A stretch of DNA of 63,872 bases, the filler included, from Craspedostauros australis (lineage: Eukaryota): the NCBI GenBank assembly GCA_030167865.1. It is 9 parts of 9 records of this genome, joined end to end, with 100 filler letters (N's around TTAATTAATTAA, not from the genome) between each part and the next. Parts side by side here need not be neighbours in the genome. Positions count along the whole stretch, not along the records: positions 21,289 to 34,316 come from JALAGF010003858.1; positions 34,417 to 39,216 come from JALAGF010003859.1; positions 39,317 to 44,486 come from JALAGF010003860.1; 6 more parts are not named here. The stretch is one strand, 5' to 3'. A model generated the notes under the pieces. The model was not told the origin of the DNA. It was given only the letters and a program-made list of their open reading frames with translations, and did no database searches. A program made the position numbers and the translations under genes. Every line of letters begins with the position of its first letter. Position 1 is the first letter of the stretch. Below are positions 34,073-44,586 of this stretch, piece by piece.

Positions 34073-34311
34073 CGAGCCCGATCAGTGAGTCGACCAACAC
34101 TTTGAAATAGACATTCTAACTTTTCATCTGCGATATCCAAACCAAGCACATATTCGTAATCCTTATAGTCTCTTTATACATAATTAACCGTTACATTTTT
34201 TGTTAGATCCTTATTTTAAGTTTTATGGAGTGATCTATGTACGCAAAGCAGTCACGTGGGTCCAACAGCACAAAACCCGTTGTTGTTGGCAGAAGGTTCT
34301 ATGCTGTTCTC
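34073..34311 (+). mobile_element. Dispersed repeat, putative Tc1/mariner-like terminus (copy 2), running into the contig end
   Basis: Begins TA|CGAGCCC; inverted homolog of 5157..5394. Confidence 0.65.
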
Positions 34312-34316
34312 ACGTA

Positions 34317-34416
34317 NNNNNNNNNNNNNNNNNNNNNNNNNNNNNNNNNNNNNNNNNNNNTTAATTAATTAANNNNNNNNNNNNNNNNNNNNNNNNNNNN
34401 NNNNNNNNNNNNNNNN
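34317..34416. other. Artificial contig linker
   Basis: N44-TTAATTAATTAA-N44. Confidence 0.98.
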
Positions 34417-34476
34417 CTCCCCGTTGAGACTGTTGAGGCTGTTGAGAAGATTGCGAACAGCCCAGGCGCCACTGCT

Positions 34477-37400
34477 TCAGGACATGATCCATTCAATCTG
34501 CTTCTCGAGTTCCTTCTTGTTGAATGACAAAGGCTTGCAGATGAAGGCATCGGCACCCACGGCAGAAAACTCGGTGCCAACGTCGTTTGCTGACAGCCCG
34601 CAGATTCTGCTCTTTACTCCCCGTTTCCTCAATTCCTCCACCGTCTCTGTACCGAGCATCCTCTTCTCTGTCGTTGACATGTACTGGTCCATGAAGATCA
34701 AGTCAAACGATTTGCCGCTGTCACCTTGTGTTGAAACCATATCTATCGCGGTTTCGCCGTCGGGTGCTTCCTTCACGGACCAGTTCGGGAATGCCCTCTT
34801 GATGCATCGTCCGAACAGCTTGCGCAGCACTTTATCATCGTCGACAAATAGGACAGATAGGACCTCAGGAAGTCGCTTGTCTTGTGCTTCGGACATGCTC
34901 GGCAAATCAGCATTCGCGGTTGTTGTCGTTGTCGTTGTCGCCGGCGTTGCTGCCGCAGTGACTGCAGCAGCTGTCGGTGCTGGAGGTACTGATGCTATCA
35001 TTGTGCTAGAATCAGGATTGTTGTGTGGTTTGCCATTGGATTTCCTCGTTGGTGCCGTTGGTGCTGTTGGCGTTGTGGTCTTGCCAGTTCCTGTCGCTTC
35101 AGATGTATGAGTATGTCCATCCGATGGACTGCCCTTGCTCTTGTCCCCCATGCCGCTGCTGTCACTGTTGTTGTTGTTGGTGGTGGTGGTGGTGGCGGCG
35201 GTGGTGTCGGCATTGTTTTCTACCTCTGTCAGTGGCTGTAACTCCACAGGGAATAATGGCAGCGGCGGCGGTGGTAGTGATGCCGGCGGTAGTGTCATCG
35301 TCTCTTGGTTGGAAGCACTGGCCCGAGCGTCTGGTGAACGTGACGAGAAAGGACTCAGAGGCAAAGGATTGCCCAGCAACGTCGATTGGACCAATTCCGT
35401 TGATGACAAGGATTTCCGCGGTGATGGAAATGTGGCTGGGGTGGCTTTGGCATCAACACCTATCGCCCGATCAGCGTGATCGGACTGAATGCTGGCGGTG
35501 TCTCTGTTGTTTGAGCCATTGCTTTCGCTTTCATCACCTGCAGCACTTACAGCACTGGTGCCACCGACACGATTGTCGATATTGCCGGCATTGTCGATAT
35601 TGTCGGCATTGTCGACACGGGCGGTGCTGATGCGATTGTCAACGGCAAAAGCAGATTGGACAGTCATCCTGCGTTCTCTCGCCTTCTTGAATCTGTCGTC
35701 GCCGTCGTCGTCTGTTGGCGAAGATACGAGTGGATCGCCACTGTCGATTTGATCGTTAGTAGAGAATGGTGCGGGAGCGGAAACTCGTCTCGTTCGGGCC
35801 GCAGAGTTGCTGGGTGCCACATCTTCTGCTATCGATGATATGCTTGGAGAGCTGCTCCGATGCAACTGCTGTTGTCCATGAATATGCATACTGCCGGCCT
35901 CCAGAATGCCACATGTGCTGGCTGATGTCAGCACTATCGAATGCCGGTCAGCATCGCTGTATGAATCTTGCCCGGCACTCGTTCTACTTGAATCGAGGCA
36001 GCCTTTGTCAGACATGTTGTACTTCCAGTTGCCTCGCTCGCCTGTCCGTTGGTTGCTTCCAACTGTTTTCGTGGAGATGGCGGCGGTGGTTGCTGTGGTC
36101 ATCGTGGTCGTCGTGGTCGTCGTGGTTGGCTTGCATTGGTGAATAGGAACACAACCAATATCTTCACCCTCTTCTGTTTCTGTGCTTGGTGTGCTTTGAG
36201 AAACGGCACTGCCACCGGGATCAACACTTCCATTCTCGCCATGACGACTACCGTGACGACTACCGTGGCCGCCGCCGACCACCCCCAGCTGCATGCTATT
36301 GGTACTTCTGTCGTGCAACGGCGCTGACGGCGTCTCCCTCAAATCGATGACGAAACGGGTGCCCGGCTGGCCTGGGATGCCGCTGTCGTACGATTCGTCC
36401 AACCAGATGTCACCTCCCATGATATCAATCAGGTTCTTGCATAGACACAAGCCAATCCCGGCTCCTTGTGTCGCAACATCCAGAGTCTCCTTGAACTTCG
36501 AAAACAAATGCTGGCGATCCTCGATCGGAATTCCAGGACCTGAATCCTCCACGTAGATCTTCACTGAACGACCCGACTTCCCTCTCCCATCCATCGTGCT
36601 GTCCATGTTCATGTTCGCATTCACATTCACGTCCAGGTTCGTGTTCATGTTCATGTTGTCGATGTCGTTGAATCTGGTGGTGCCAATGGTTCCACCACCA
36701 TGACCACTACCACCATCCACACCATCCACACCATCCGCACCATCAACCCCTTCGACCTCCGCCCTTAGACGCAGAAACCCGCTCTTCACAAATTTCGATG
36801 CATTCCGTCCGAGATTCAATAGCACCTGCTTCAAACGCAAGCCGTCCGTACTCACTCGCAAGTGTCGAGGGCAACATTCCACAATCAGTTCGAAGCCCGC
36901 ATCACGACGATACAAGATCGATGCCACCGGCTTCAGCACTTCATCGAACACAGCCGTCTGCCGTTTGCGTATGCGAATCTGTCGATCCGTCGCGCGATGC
37001 AGATCCAGCAGATTCCTCAGCAGCTCGTTCACAAACGTCAACGATGAATTGATGATCTGCACATCCTCTCGCACGAGCTGCTTCGACTCATCATCCGACA
37101 ACGGTCGGCTCTCGTTCACAGCCGAATCCACGAAGCTACAGGCGCTCAAGGCTGCCGATAAGGGATTACGGACCTCGTGTGCGATGTACTCGTTGAGGTC
37201 ACGTTCGGCCGCTGCTGCCTTCTGCGCATTCTCGATGGCTTTGGAGGCGATCAGCTGCTGTCGCTTCTGCACGCAGAAGTCGTATGCCAAGAATACCATC
37301 GCTGCCACTGCAAAGATGCTGGCAACGAGACATGTGTAGAAGATGGGCTCATCCGTTTTGTAGACATCGAACGTGTCTTTGGTGGGGTAGATTCGGATGG

Positions 37401-39216
37401 TGTACGTGTTGAAGTCTTCGTCGATGGGGAGAGTGGTGTATGCTTGCGTTTCGGCCTTTGGTCGTGCGTTAGGTCTGTCGTCCTTACCGAGCTGTGATGT
37501 GACGACCATATCGTGGAATATGTAGTCGAGCCTATCGATGGCCCCGGGATCAAACTCGCCGATGAATCGCGCCTGATCACCATCGACTCTGTAGGCGAGT
37601 GTTTGGTTGAACTTGTTTTCCAGGACGCAGATGTACCCTTTGGCGTTGGATGGTAGAATATCAGTGAACAACAGCCTCCAATACAAGGCGATTGACAAGA
37701 CCCCGATCAAGTTGCCAGTACCGTAGTCGTCAAAGACAGGATACGACATCGTGGTAGCTGGATCTCCGGCATAGGCTTCATCGTCGTGACGAAACTGCGT
37801 TATCAGTCCAGATTGCTTCGGAAGATTGGCACCTTGTAGGATTGGAATCATCGAACGATGTAGCAGAACGCCTCGCTTCTTCTGATTGAAGAGGTAAGGG
37901 AGGATACCAGCTCGGATAGGGGCCGAAGCGCCGTCGTTATTCAATCCAGCCTGTTGCCTGCCACTGACGGGGGCTCGTTGCCATACAGGGAGATATGGGC
38001 CTGTTCCGGTTTCTTTGGCAGCCCCACCATTTCGATACGACCAGATCTTCGGATGGTAAAACGTTCCGTCTATGACGGTGTTGTTGACAACGGTCATGTT
38101 CTCGAGTGGGGGATTGACGTAGACATCGTCGTTGTAGCCTTCGTACTTTGCCAGTTCTTTAGCTCCTTCTTCCGCATCCAGGTAACCCAGTTCAATGTCC
38201 TGCTTCGTGCGAAAGAAGGCATCCAACTTGTAGTCTCGATTAGCCTGGAATCTGTTTTCGTATGCGTACTTTTCCCATCGTTCCCGCTGCTCCTCCTTCA
38301 CCAATGGCAGCCAGTCGATCAGCGGCGATTCTGTGGAGATGCGGGTATTGGCAGCAGCCATGACAAAGCCAGGCAACGTGACAAACGGGAACTCCGAGTT
38401 CGTTTCCTGCGCAAAGACAGTGATGTAGGTGGACAGAGCATTGATGGCATTGAGCTTGGTGTCCGTCGAAGCACGGAAGCTGCTGACCAGCTTGTCAGCG
38501 TTGGCCTTGAACTGGAATCGAAACTCATCTTCCTCCTTGCCTTCCGCGTACTCCTTGACAAGAAGCAGGCTGATGATGCAGGCTGCCGTCAGCCAGACGA
38601 TGATGACTGTCCATCTCAGGATGGCCACGGACCTGGCTTCGAACGAGTTGCGTGAGATGCCAGCCGCGTCGAGGATATGCTGTTGCATCTTCGTGGCATG
38701 AGCCGTGGTTTGCGAGAAGTGATCTCCTTGCAATTCGAACGATCTGCGAAACCGATCCGACTTGCGACGGCAGCTCGGTTGCTGGTCCCGGAGATGGCTT
38801 GACAAGCTCGATGCCTGTCTTTCGAAGCCGCCGCTCCTGACCTGGCGGTTGTTGTTCCTGTTGTAGCTGAAGAAGTCCATCAAGGAAACGTGGGAGATCA
38901 GAGTCTGGCGTCGCGTGTGGCTGTTGATCTCGGGCTGGATTTGACCGTAGGCATCCACAGACTCCACCATGTCGACGAGGTCGGCTTGCTGGCCCTCCGC
39001 ATTGTGCCTTGGTTGGCGTCCGAACATCCCGTTGCCCTTCTTGCGGTTCCTTCTGCTGCTGTTCTGCCGCCCCAGGCCACGAACAGGGTTGTGGCGTTTG
39101 CCGCCATGATTGTGATCCTGCCTCTGCCTCTGCCCCCTATCAAAGACTCTGCCGACCCACGAAGCGCCCCCGTCGCTTTGGATGTCGTTGATGTCGCTCA
39201 TTTCGTCGCCATCGTG
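34477..39216 (-). CDS. Membrane hybrid sensor histidine kinase (TM - CHASE-like ectodomain - TM - HisKA - HATPase - receiver), at least 1574 aa
   Basis: Two TMs flank a ~400-aa domain with FPFVTLP. H box YIAHEVRNPL, N box LLNLGRNASKF, G1 DSGPGI, G2 GAGIGL, receiver DDD/D/K. Frame is open to the linker, so the 5' end may be missing. Confidence 0.92.
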   Translation of the reverse strand, partial: HDGDEMSDINDIQSDGGASWVGRVFDRGQRQRQDHNHGGKRHNPVRGLGRQNSSRRNRKKGNGMFGRQPRHNAEGQQADLVDMVESVDAYGQIQPEINSHTRRQTLISHVSLMDFFSYNRNNNRQVRSGGFERQASSLSSHLRDQQPSCRRKSDRFRRSFELQGDHFSQTTAHATKMQQHILDAAGISRNSFEARSVAILRWTVIIVWLTAACIISLLLVKEYAEGKEEDEFRFQFKANADKLVSSFRASTDTKLNAINALSTYITVFAQETNSEFPFVTLPGFVMAAANTRISTESPLIDWLPLVKEEQRERWEKYAYENRFQANRDYKLDAFFRTKQDIELGYLDAEEGAKELAKYEGYNDDVYVNPPLENMTVVNNTVIDGTFYHPKIWSYRNGGAAKETGTGPYLPVWQRAPVSGRQQAGLNNDGASAPIRAGILPYLFNQKKRGVLLHRSMIPILQGANLPKQSGLITQFRHDDEAYAGDPATTMSYPVFDDYGTGNLIGVLSIALYWRLLFTDILPSNAKGYICVLENKFNQTLAYRVDGDQARFIGEFDPGAIDRLDYIFHDMVVTSQLGKDDRPNARPKAETQAYTTLPIDEDFNTYTIRIYPTKDTFDVYKTDEPIFYTCLVASIFAVAAMVFLAYDFCVQKRQQLIASKAIENAQKAAAAERDLNEYIAHEVRNPLSAALSACSFVDSAVNESRPLSDDESKQLVREDVQIINSSLTFVNELLRNLLDLHRATDRQIRIRKRQTAVFDEVLKPVASILYRRDAGFELIVECCPRHLRVSTDGLRLKQVLLNLGRNASKFVKSGFLRLRAEVEGVDGADGVDGVDGGSGHGGGTIGTTRFNDIDNMNMNTNLDVNVNANMNMDSTMDGRGKSGRSVKIYVEDSGPGIPIEDRQHLFSKFKETLDVATQGAGIGLCLCKNLIDIMGGDIWLDESYDSGIPGQPGTRFVIDLRETPSAPLHDRSTNSMQLGVVGGGHGSRHGSRHGENGSVDPGGSAVSQSTPSTETEEGEDIGCVPIHQCKPTTTTTTTTMTTATTAAISTKTVGSNQRTGERGNWKYNMSDKGCLDSSRTSAGQDSYSDADRHSIVLTSASTCGILEAGSMHIHGQQQLHRSSSPSISSIAEDVAPSNSAARTRRVSAPAPFSTNDQIDSGDPLVSSPTDDDGDDRFKKARERRMTVQSAFAVDNRISTARVDNADNIDNAGNIDNRVGGTSAVSAAGDESESNGSNNRDTASIQSDHADRAIGVDAKATPATFPSPRKSLSSTELVQSTLLGNPLPLSPFSSRSPDARASASNQETMTLPPASLPPPPLPLFPVELQPLTEVENNADTTAATTTTTNNNNSDSSGMGDKSKGSPSDGHTHTSEATGTGKTTTPTAPTAPTRKSNGKPHNNPDSSTMIASVPPAPTAAAVTAAATPATTTTTTTANADLPSMSEAQDKRLPEVLSVLFVDDDKVLRKLFGRCIKRAFPNWSVKEAPDGETAIDMVSTQGDSGKSFDLIFMDQYMSTTEKRMLGTETVEELRKRGVKSRICGLSANDVGTEFSAVGADAFICKPLSFNKKELEKQIEWIMS

Positions 39217-39316
39217 NNNNNNNNNNNNNNNNNNNNNNNNNNNNNNNNNNNNNNNNNNNNTTAATTAATTAANNNNNNNNNNNNNNNNNNNNNNNNNNNN
39301 NNNNNNNNNNNNNNNN
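39217..39316. other. Artificial contig linker
   Basis: N44-TTAATTAATTAA-N44. Confidence 0.98.
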
Positions 39317-39972
39317 AAGACAAGTTGCAATACAAGGATTCAGGGGAGCACATTGTTCCCAGGACGGCTTGGATCGAGTCAATCGTGCAATTTGAGTCAG
39401 TGATGATCCGTGAATGGAAAAGGGAGGAAAAGAGAAAGGAGGATTTTCCTGTTGTCGAAGTTGGAAGATTTCGCGCCAAAAGTGAATTTCAAGCAACGAC
39501 ATTGGACACACTAAATGGAAAGTTGTCTGTTGTCCAGTGAACTTCAACTGCTTTTTTGTGGCTTTCACGACGATTCCCTGTGACACTTCTCTTCGTGTCC
39601 TATCGTGTTTCAACTTGTCGATCTCACTGGCCGAGCGCAACCTGTTGACGCCACGAACAACTTCTGGGTACAGGTGATGTTCGGGTCAAGACCAGTTGAC
39701 ACAGCACAAACATGGAAGGACGAAACAACAACACACAAAACACAGAATTCTCCAAAATCCTTCACAAAACCAGCGAAGCCTGTTCAAAGTGCCTCGAAAA
39801 CTCTCTGCAGATCGCACTTGGTTGACACTCCAACATACCTGAGGCGAGAGGACTCTTCATCCCACAACAACAACAACGACAACAACAACGACGTTGACGA
39901 CCTCCAGCATAAACGACGAAGGGCAGAACTCCACTTCGCTCGACTCAACTCCACTTGTTAGACGCCACCGTG

Positions 39973-42900
39973 ATGGACGACCGCAAGCCACCACCAAGGA
40001 GCCCTGGCGATGACAAGGAAGGCAATGGCGTGATGGAGAAGGAAGACAACGAAGAAAACGAAGACAACGATGACGCCGCCAGTGCTGCTGAAGACAGAAA
40101 GCCTGCAGCCCACCGTCGGGAGGTCCACATCGGTCGAGACCGAGTTAGACAACGTCGCAGCGGTGGATCGACCAGGATCAGCTCTGCTGCCAACGCAGGC
40201 GCCAAGGCAAAGGCCAGGGCTGGAGCTCTGCGCGCCGCTGGTCTGCTCTCACCCAGCGAAATGACCCCCATCACCAGTGGATCCTTCTCCCCCATTGGAT
40301 CGGAGCAACCGAAGTCAGGACCTCCACGAGCGTCAGTATCAGCATCAGTCGTTTCGCCTCCGCCACCGCGGCGACCAGGAGCCGTGTCTGTACCGGGCGT
40401 TGACGCATCGAGAGAGGACATCGCAGCGTCCAATGCGTCCAATTCGTCCAATGCGTACGCGATGTCGCAGAAGGGCGGGGCTATCCCTACGTCCCTCAGG
40501 ACCACCGAGGCATCCATTGGCACACGGACCGCCGGTGGCACAGGAACCCGCAAGAGGACTAAGTTTGGATACCCCAGAGGCACGCGGACGCCGCAACGGG
40601 ATTCCAATCCCAGCAGGGCCGCTATGCCCAGTCGCAACTCAGTTGAAACGAAGGAGGAGGATGACAAGGAACTATTGCAGCCAACGGATGACCCGCCACT
40701 GACCGTCCCGATCCAACCAGGCGCCATTTCAGCTGGCGGCAACTTGCGCCCGTCCACAGATTCCACCTTCACCATGGACCAAACCGGAAACATCGACACT
40801 ATTGCCACCCCTATCACAGCCCAGCTGGCTCCAACCGAGGAGGACGTGGCGGATCGTGTCAAGGAGCGTCTCGAGAAGGAGTTCGCGGAGCGCATGGAGA
40901 CGCAGTTACAGGAGCGCATGCGCTTGGAGCAAACGCGCAATGGCGGGGGCGCGGCAACCAACGGCACAGTTGTCACCGCCGAAGCGGTGGAGGTCACGAA
41001 GGACGACGAAAACAGCATCTCCGGCAGTCAAAGCAGGCGCAGGACGTGCATTGGCATCATCGTCGCTTTGGTGCTGGCAGGGATCGGCGCTGGAGTCGGC
41101 GTGGCACTATCAGGCGGCATCTCCAACAGATCTCTCGTGACGTCGGCACCAACCGCAGCTCCCATCGCATCATCGAGCCCGACCTTCACACCGCAGACTG
41201 CGGAATTCGACACGCTCGTCGATCGTCTGGCGCAGACACTGGAAGGTGAACCGGCAAACACTGGGCGCGACGTACTGGAGGACCGATCCACCACACAGTA
41301 CAGAGCATTGGACTGGCTCGCAAACCAAGACATTGCGAAGATCGACCTGGCCTTCGCGCCCACATCCGAACTTCTCGAACGCTACGCACTCGCCGTTCTG
41401 TACTACACGACCGGAGGCGAGGACAAGTGGGGGAACAAATACAACTTTCTTACCAACAGCAGCGTCTGCGAATGGGGTGATGTCAATGGTGACAACTTCG
41501 GCGGCATTGTTTCGTGCGACGAGGCCGGCAGGGTGACTGAAGCAAGGTTTGAGTCCAATTTCATGACTGGCACCATCCCGAAAGAGTTCTTCCTCCTCGA
41601 ACAGCTCACCAGCTTGCACATCGTCAACAACGTCATCACTGGAACGCTGCCAACCGAAATTGGTCTATTATCAAACTTGATGGAGCTCCACGTCGTCTTC
41701 CTCCCAATGTCCGGCCCCATGCCCACGGAGATCGGCCGACTGACCAACTTGACGGAAGCTCGATTTGATAACATTGGTTTCACCAGTACGCTTCCGTTCG
41801 AGACTGGCAACCTGCAATTACTTCAGCGGCTGGATATCTCCAGAAACTCCCTGACAGGCGCGTTGCCCACCGAGGTCGGTAAGATGCAAGCCCTGACCAA
41901 CCTCCAGATCTTTCAGAACAGATTCAACGGGACAGTCCCAGTCGAGTGGGGCCAGCTTACCAACCTGAAGAGTCTTGGTATGGAGAAAACCGAGTTGCAG
42001 GGCAACCTGAATCCAATCTTTTGCTCAGGTTCGCATCCCAACCTTTTTTACTTCTACTCAGATTGCGTTGCCACTGACGATGGTGGGATTCCAGCAGAAA
42101 CGACATGTTCCTGCTGCTCGAACTGCTGCGACGCCATGGACAACTGCTGCAGCACTGAGACAGAGTGTCCCATCTTGAATGTCGAGAAGATGAACAACAT
42201 ACTCGCCATATTGGAACCACATCTGCAGGGCGATCCAATCTTTACGGACCTGTTGGTGTTCAATGATATCGAAAGCCCGCAATACCGCGCGCTGGACTGG
42301 TTGGCAAATGACGATCTCTTCGATCTCGACCTCGCCAACACTGCAGCTGAGGTGGTCGTGGAGCGATACGCCTTGGCTGTGTTCTACTATGCCACTACCA
42401 ACGATGGGCCTTGGGAGACGACTGCTCCTGTTATGTCGCCTTCATCCATTTGTGATTGGTGGAATGGGGAAGGTATCCAATGCGACGCCGATGGCTGCGT
42501 CGCCTCCATCATGCTCTCAGACTCAAACGTGGACGGTGACCAGCTTCCCTCTGAGATTGCTCTTTTCGAAAACTTGACCATCTTCGATTGCTCCGACAAT
42601 TTCATCCGCGGGTCCCTCCCCACAGAAATTGGAAAGCTGGCTTGGCTTGAGGAGCTCAACCTCTCATCAAACGAGATATCTGGTGCGATCCCGACGGAAT
42701 ATGGAGACCTTTCGAGTCTCAGACTTCTCTATCTCAGCTCCAACTCCATCGAGGAGAAAATCCCATCAGAGATCGGGAGGTTGTTGGCACTGGAGGGGCT
42801 CTACCTCGACGACAACAAGCTCACAGGCGCGTTGCCATCCGAAATTGGTGATCTGTCCCAGCTTGTTGCCGTCTCCGTTTCAGTAAACTCCATCAACGGG

Positions 42901-43122
42901 GAGGTCCCGCCCCAATGGGGGAATCTGACGAACTTGTACAGCCTTGAATTGAAGGAGAACTCGATCACAGGCAACCTCACCAATGTGTTCTGCGATGGAT
43001 CATCCCCACTCGTTTGGTTTAGTTCAGACTGCAAGGAACCAGGCAACGGCATCCTGCCTCCAGAGACCGATTGCGCATGCTGCACGCTGTGTTGCGACCG
43101 AGATGATGTCTGCGTCCTCTAG
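39973..43122 (+). CDS. Type II membrane LRR receptor-like protein with two tandem LRR modules
   Basis: Disordered N-terminus, one TM (IGIIVALVLAGIGAGVGVAL), then twice QYRALDWL..ERYALAV.YY + plant-type LRRs (LTG.LP.EIG.L) + SDC..CxCCxxCC cap. First ATG at 39973. Confidence 0.92.
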   Translation: MDDRKPPPRSPGDDKEGNGVMEKEDNEENEDNDDAASAAEDRKPAAHRREVHIGRDRVRQRRSGGSTRISSAANAGAKAKARAGALRAAGLLSPSEMTPITSGSFSPIGSEQPKSGPPRASVSASVVSPPPPRRPGAVSVPGVDASREDIAASNASNSSNAYAMSQKGGAIPTSLRTTEASIGTRTAGGTGTRKRTKFGYPRGTRTPQRDSNPSRAAMPSRNSVETKEEDDKELLQPTDDPPLTVPIQPGAISAGGNLRPSTDSTFTMDQTGNIDTIATPITAQLAPTEEDVADRVKERLEKEFAERMETQLQERMRLEQTRNGGGAATNGTVVTAEAVEVTKDDENSISGSQSRRRTCIGIIVALVLAGIGAGVGVALSGGISNRSLVTSAPTAAPIASSSPTFTPQTAEFDTLVDRLAQTLEGEPANTGRDVLEDRSTTQYRALDWLANQDIAKIDLAFAPTSELLERYALAVLYYTTGGEDKWGNKYNFLTNSSVCEWGDVNGDNFGGIVSCDEAGRVTEARFESNFMTGTIPKEFFLLEQLTSLHIVNNVITGTLPTEIGLLSNLMELHVVFLPMSGPMPTEIGRLTNLTEARFDNIGFTSTLPFETGNLQLLQRLDISRNSLTGALPTEVGKMQALTNLQIFQNRFNGTVPVEWGQLTNLKSLGMEKTELQGNLNPIFCSGSHPNLFYFYSDCVATDDGGIPAETTCSCCSNCCDAMDNCCSTETECPILNVEKMNNILAILEPHLQGDPIFTDLLVFNDIESPQYRALDWLANDDLFDLDLANTAAEVVVERYALAVFYYATTNDGPWETTAPVMSPSSICDWWNGEGIQCDADGCVASIMLSDSNVDGDQLPSEIALFENLTIFDCSDNFIRGSLPTEIGKLAWLEELNLSSNEISGAIPTEYGDLSSLRLLYLSSNSIEEKIPSEIGRLLALEGLYLDDNKLTGALPSEIGDLSQLVAVSVSVNSINGEVPPQWGNLTNLYSLELKENSITGNLTNVFCDGSSPLVWFSSDCKEPGNGILPPETDCACCTLCCDRDDVCVL

Positions 43123-43414
43123 AGAGTGATGAGCGGCGGAGTGTACAAGTGGGGGCAAGTCGGAGGAGACGGGGAAGACCGCTCAGCAAGCTTCCTCTCA
43201 TGATCGACTCGCAGCACTTTGCTCTGTGGCATGTCATTACAAATAGAAGCACTTACGCATGAGACGACGAGCTACACAAAGAAGTGGCAAAGTTGTAGTT
43301 GATGAGGAAGCAGTTGATGTTGATTGTAGTTGTAATGATGTAGAGGGGCATCAAAATAAGTTATATCATATCTCTTGAACCACGCCTTCTATGAAGCTCA
43401 AAGTCTTCAGGTAT

Positions 43415-44133
43415 CCCTTCATGACCCAGAGATAAGTGCACTATTATATCGTTTATCTCGACACCGTGTTAATTTTTGAACGCGTTTGTCCTACCACGGC
43501 CTACGCAAACACTAAATCGGTACCTTCGTTTACTAGTGGTATCGTTGGGAAGCACTGAATTTTTGTTTCACCATACTTCATCATCTTCCATAGTAGATAC
43601 CCCAATTTTCTTTTCAGATCTGGGATCCGCATATGCTGCAGATCTGTTTTAATCTCTTTGGAGTGTTTCTTTCTAGGCCAGTATTTTTATTTGTGGCCTT
43701 CAAGTTGCAGCACCATCGGCAACGCTGTTGCGTTCCGTCCTCGTCGACTATCTGTCTGTGGCCTTCATACATGCCCATGAACCTTTCCTCACTCAAAACT
43801 GGTTGAGTGCTGCTCATCTTTTTGTTCGTTCTTGGAGATGATAGCCTCCGGAAGGGGACAGCAATGTATGTCGCCCACAATCCGCGTGACACTGAGCAAT
43901 CTCACTCCAGTCCCGCAGTCTAGGGTTTATTCACGAGTACTTCAGGCTCGATTAGCGATAAGATGGCAGTAAGAAACATAAAACTTAAAAATAATCATAG
44001 GAAAGCTGTACTCAAGAGCTTTCGAACTATGCGAAGAAAATGGTATTGTACATGTAGATGTTGTCATCGAAATTTAACATAACTGAAACTGAAAACGTTA
44101 AACGATATATTATATCGTTTAGGTCATGAAGGG
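43415..44133 (-). mobile_element. Non-autonomous, internally deleted piggyBac-like DNA transposon (719 bp)
   Basis: TIRs CCCTTCATGACC (43415-43426) and GGTCATGAAGGG (44122-44133). Subterminal palindrome AAACGATATA-T-TATATCGTTT. Internal remnant H..QRCRWC..CSICGSQI*KENWGIYY resembles the piggyBac C-terminal Cys-rich domain. Confidence 0.78.
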
Positions 44134-44486
44134 ATAGGTTGTAGAAGGTAAAGAATACGTCGATGTGGTATTTTGTGTTTAGAGACAACAAACCTCAAGC
44201 TCCTCATGAGGTCTCTCGATGGGGCATACGAGTATGAGGTTTATCTGCAACAGACGTGAAAATATGTTTGGTTTCTAAACCAAGCAGGTGAACGAAGGTA
44301 CAGTCGCGCCTAGTCGTGACTCAGATTTTCGTAATATTTAACATGACATAAGACCCGCCTGAGCCAAAATAGTACACCAAAGTCGGCGTCGCATCTGCGG
44401 TTCTGATATAAACTTTAAGAGGCCTTACCATATACTTCCTTTAGATATATGTAGAAGAACTACATTCTTAAAACGTATATTGGATG

Positions 44487-44586
44487 NNNNNNNNNNNNNN
44501 NNNNNNNNNNNNNNNNNNNNNNNNNNNNNNTTAATTAATTAANNNNNNNNNNNNNNNNNNNNNNNNNNNNNNNNNNNNNNNNNNNN
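44487..44586. other. Artificial contig linker
   Basis: N44-TTAATTAATTAA-N44. Confidence 0.98.

Noticed and set aside
43614..43616. TGA at a Cys position as selenocysteine
   Set aside because: It lies in a deleted transposase remnant; a simple TGY>TGA mutation suffices and I saw no SECIS.
44353..44367. 15-bp match ACCCGCCTGAGCCAA with 63047..63061
   Set aside because: Similarity barely extends; compatible with chance in 64 kb.
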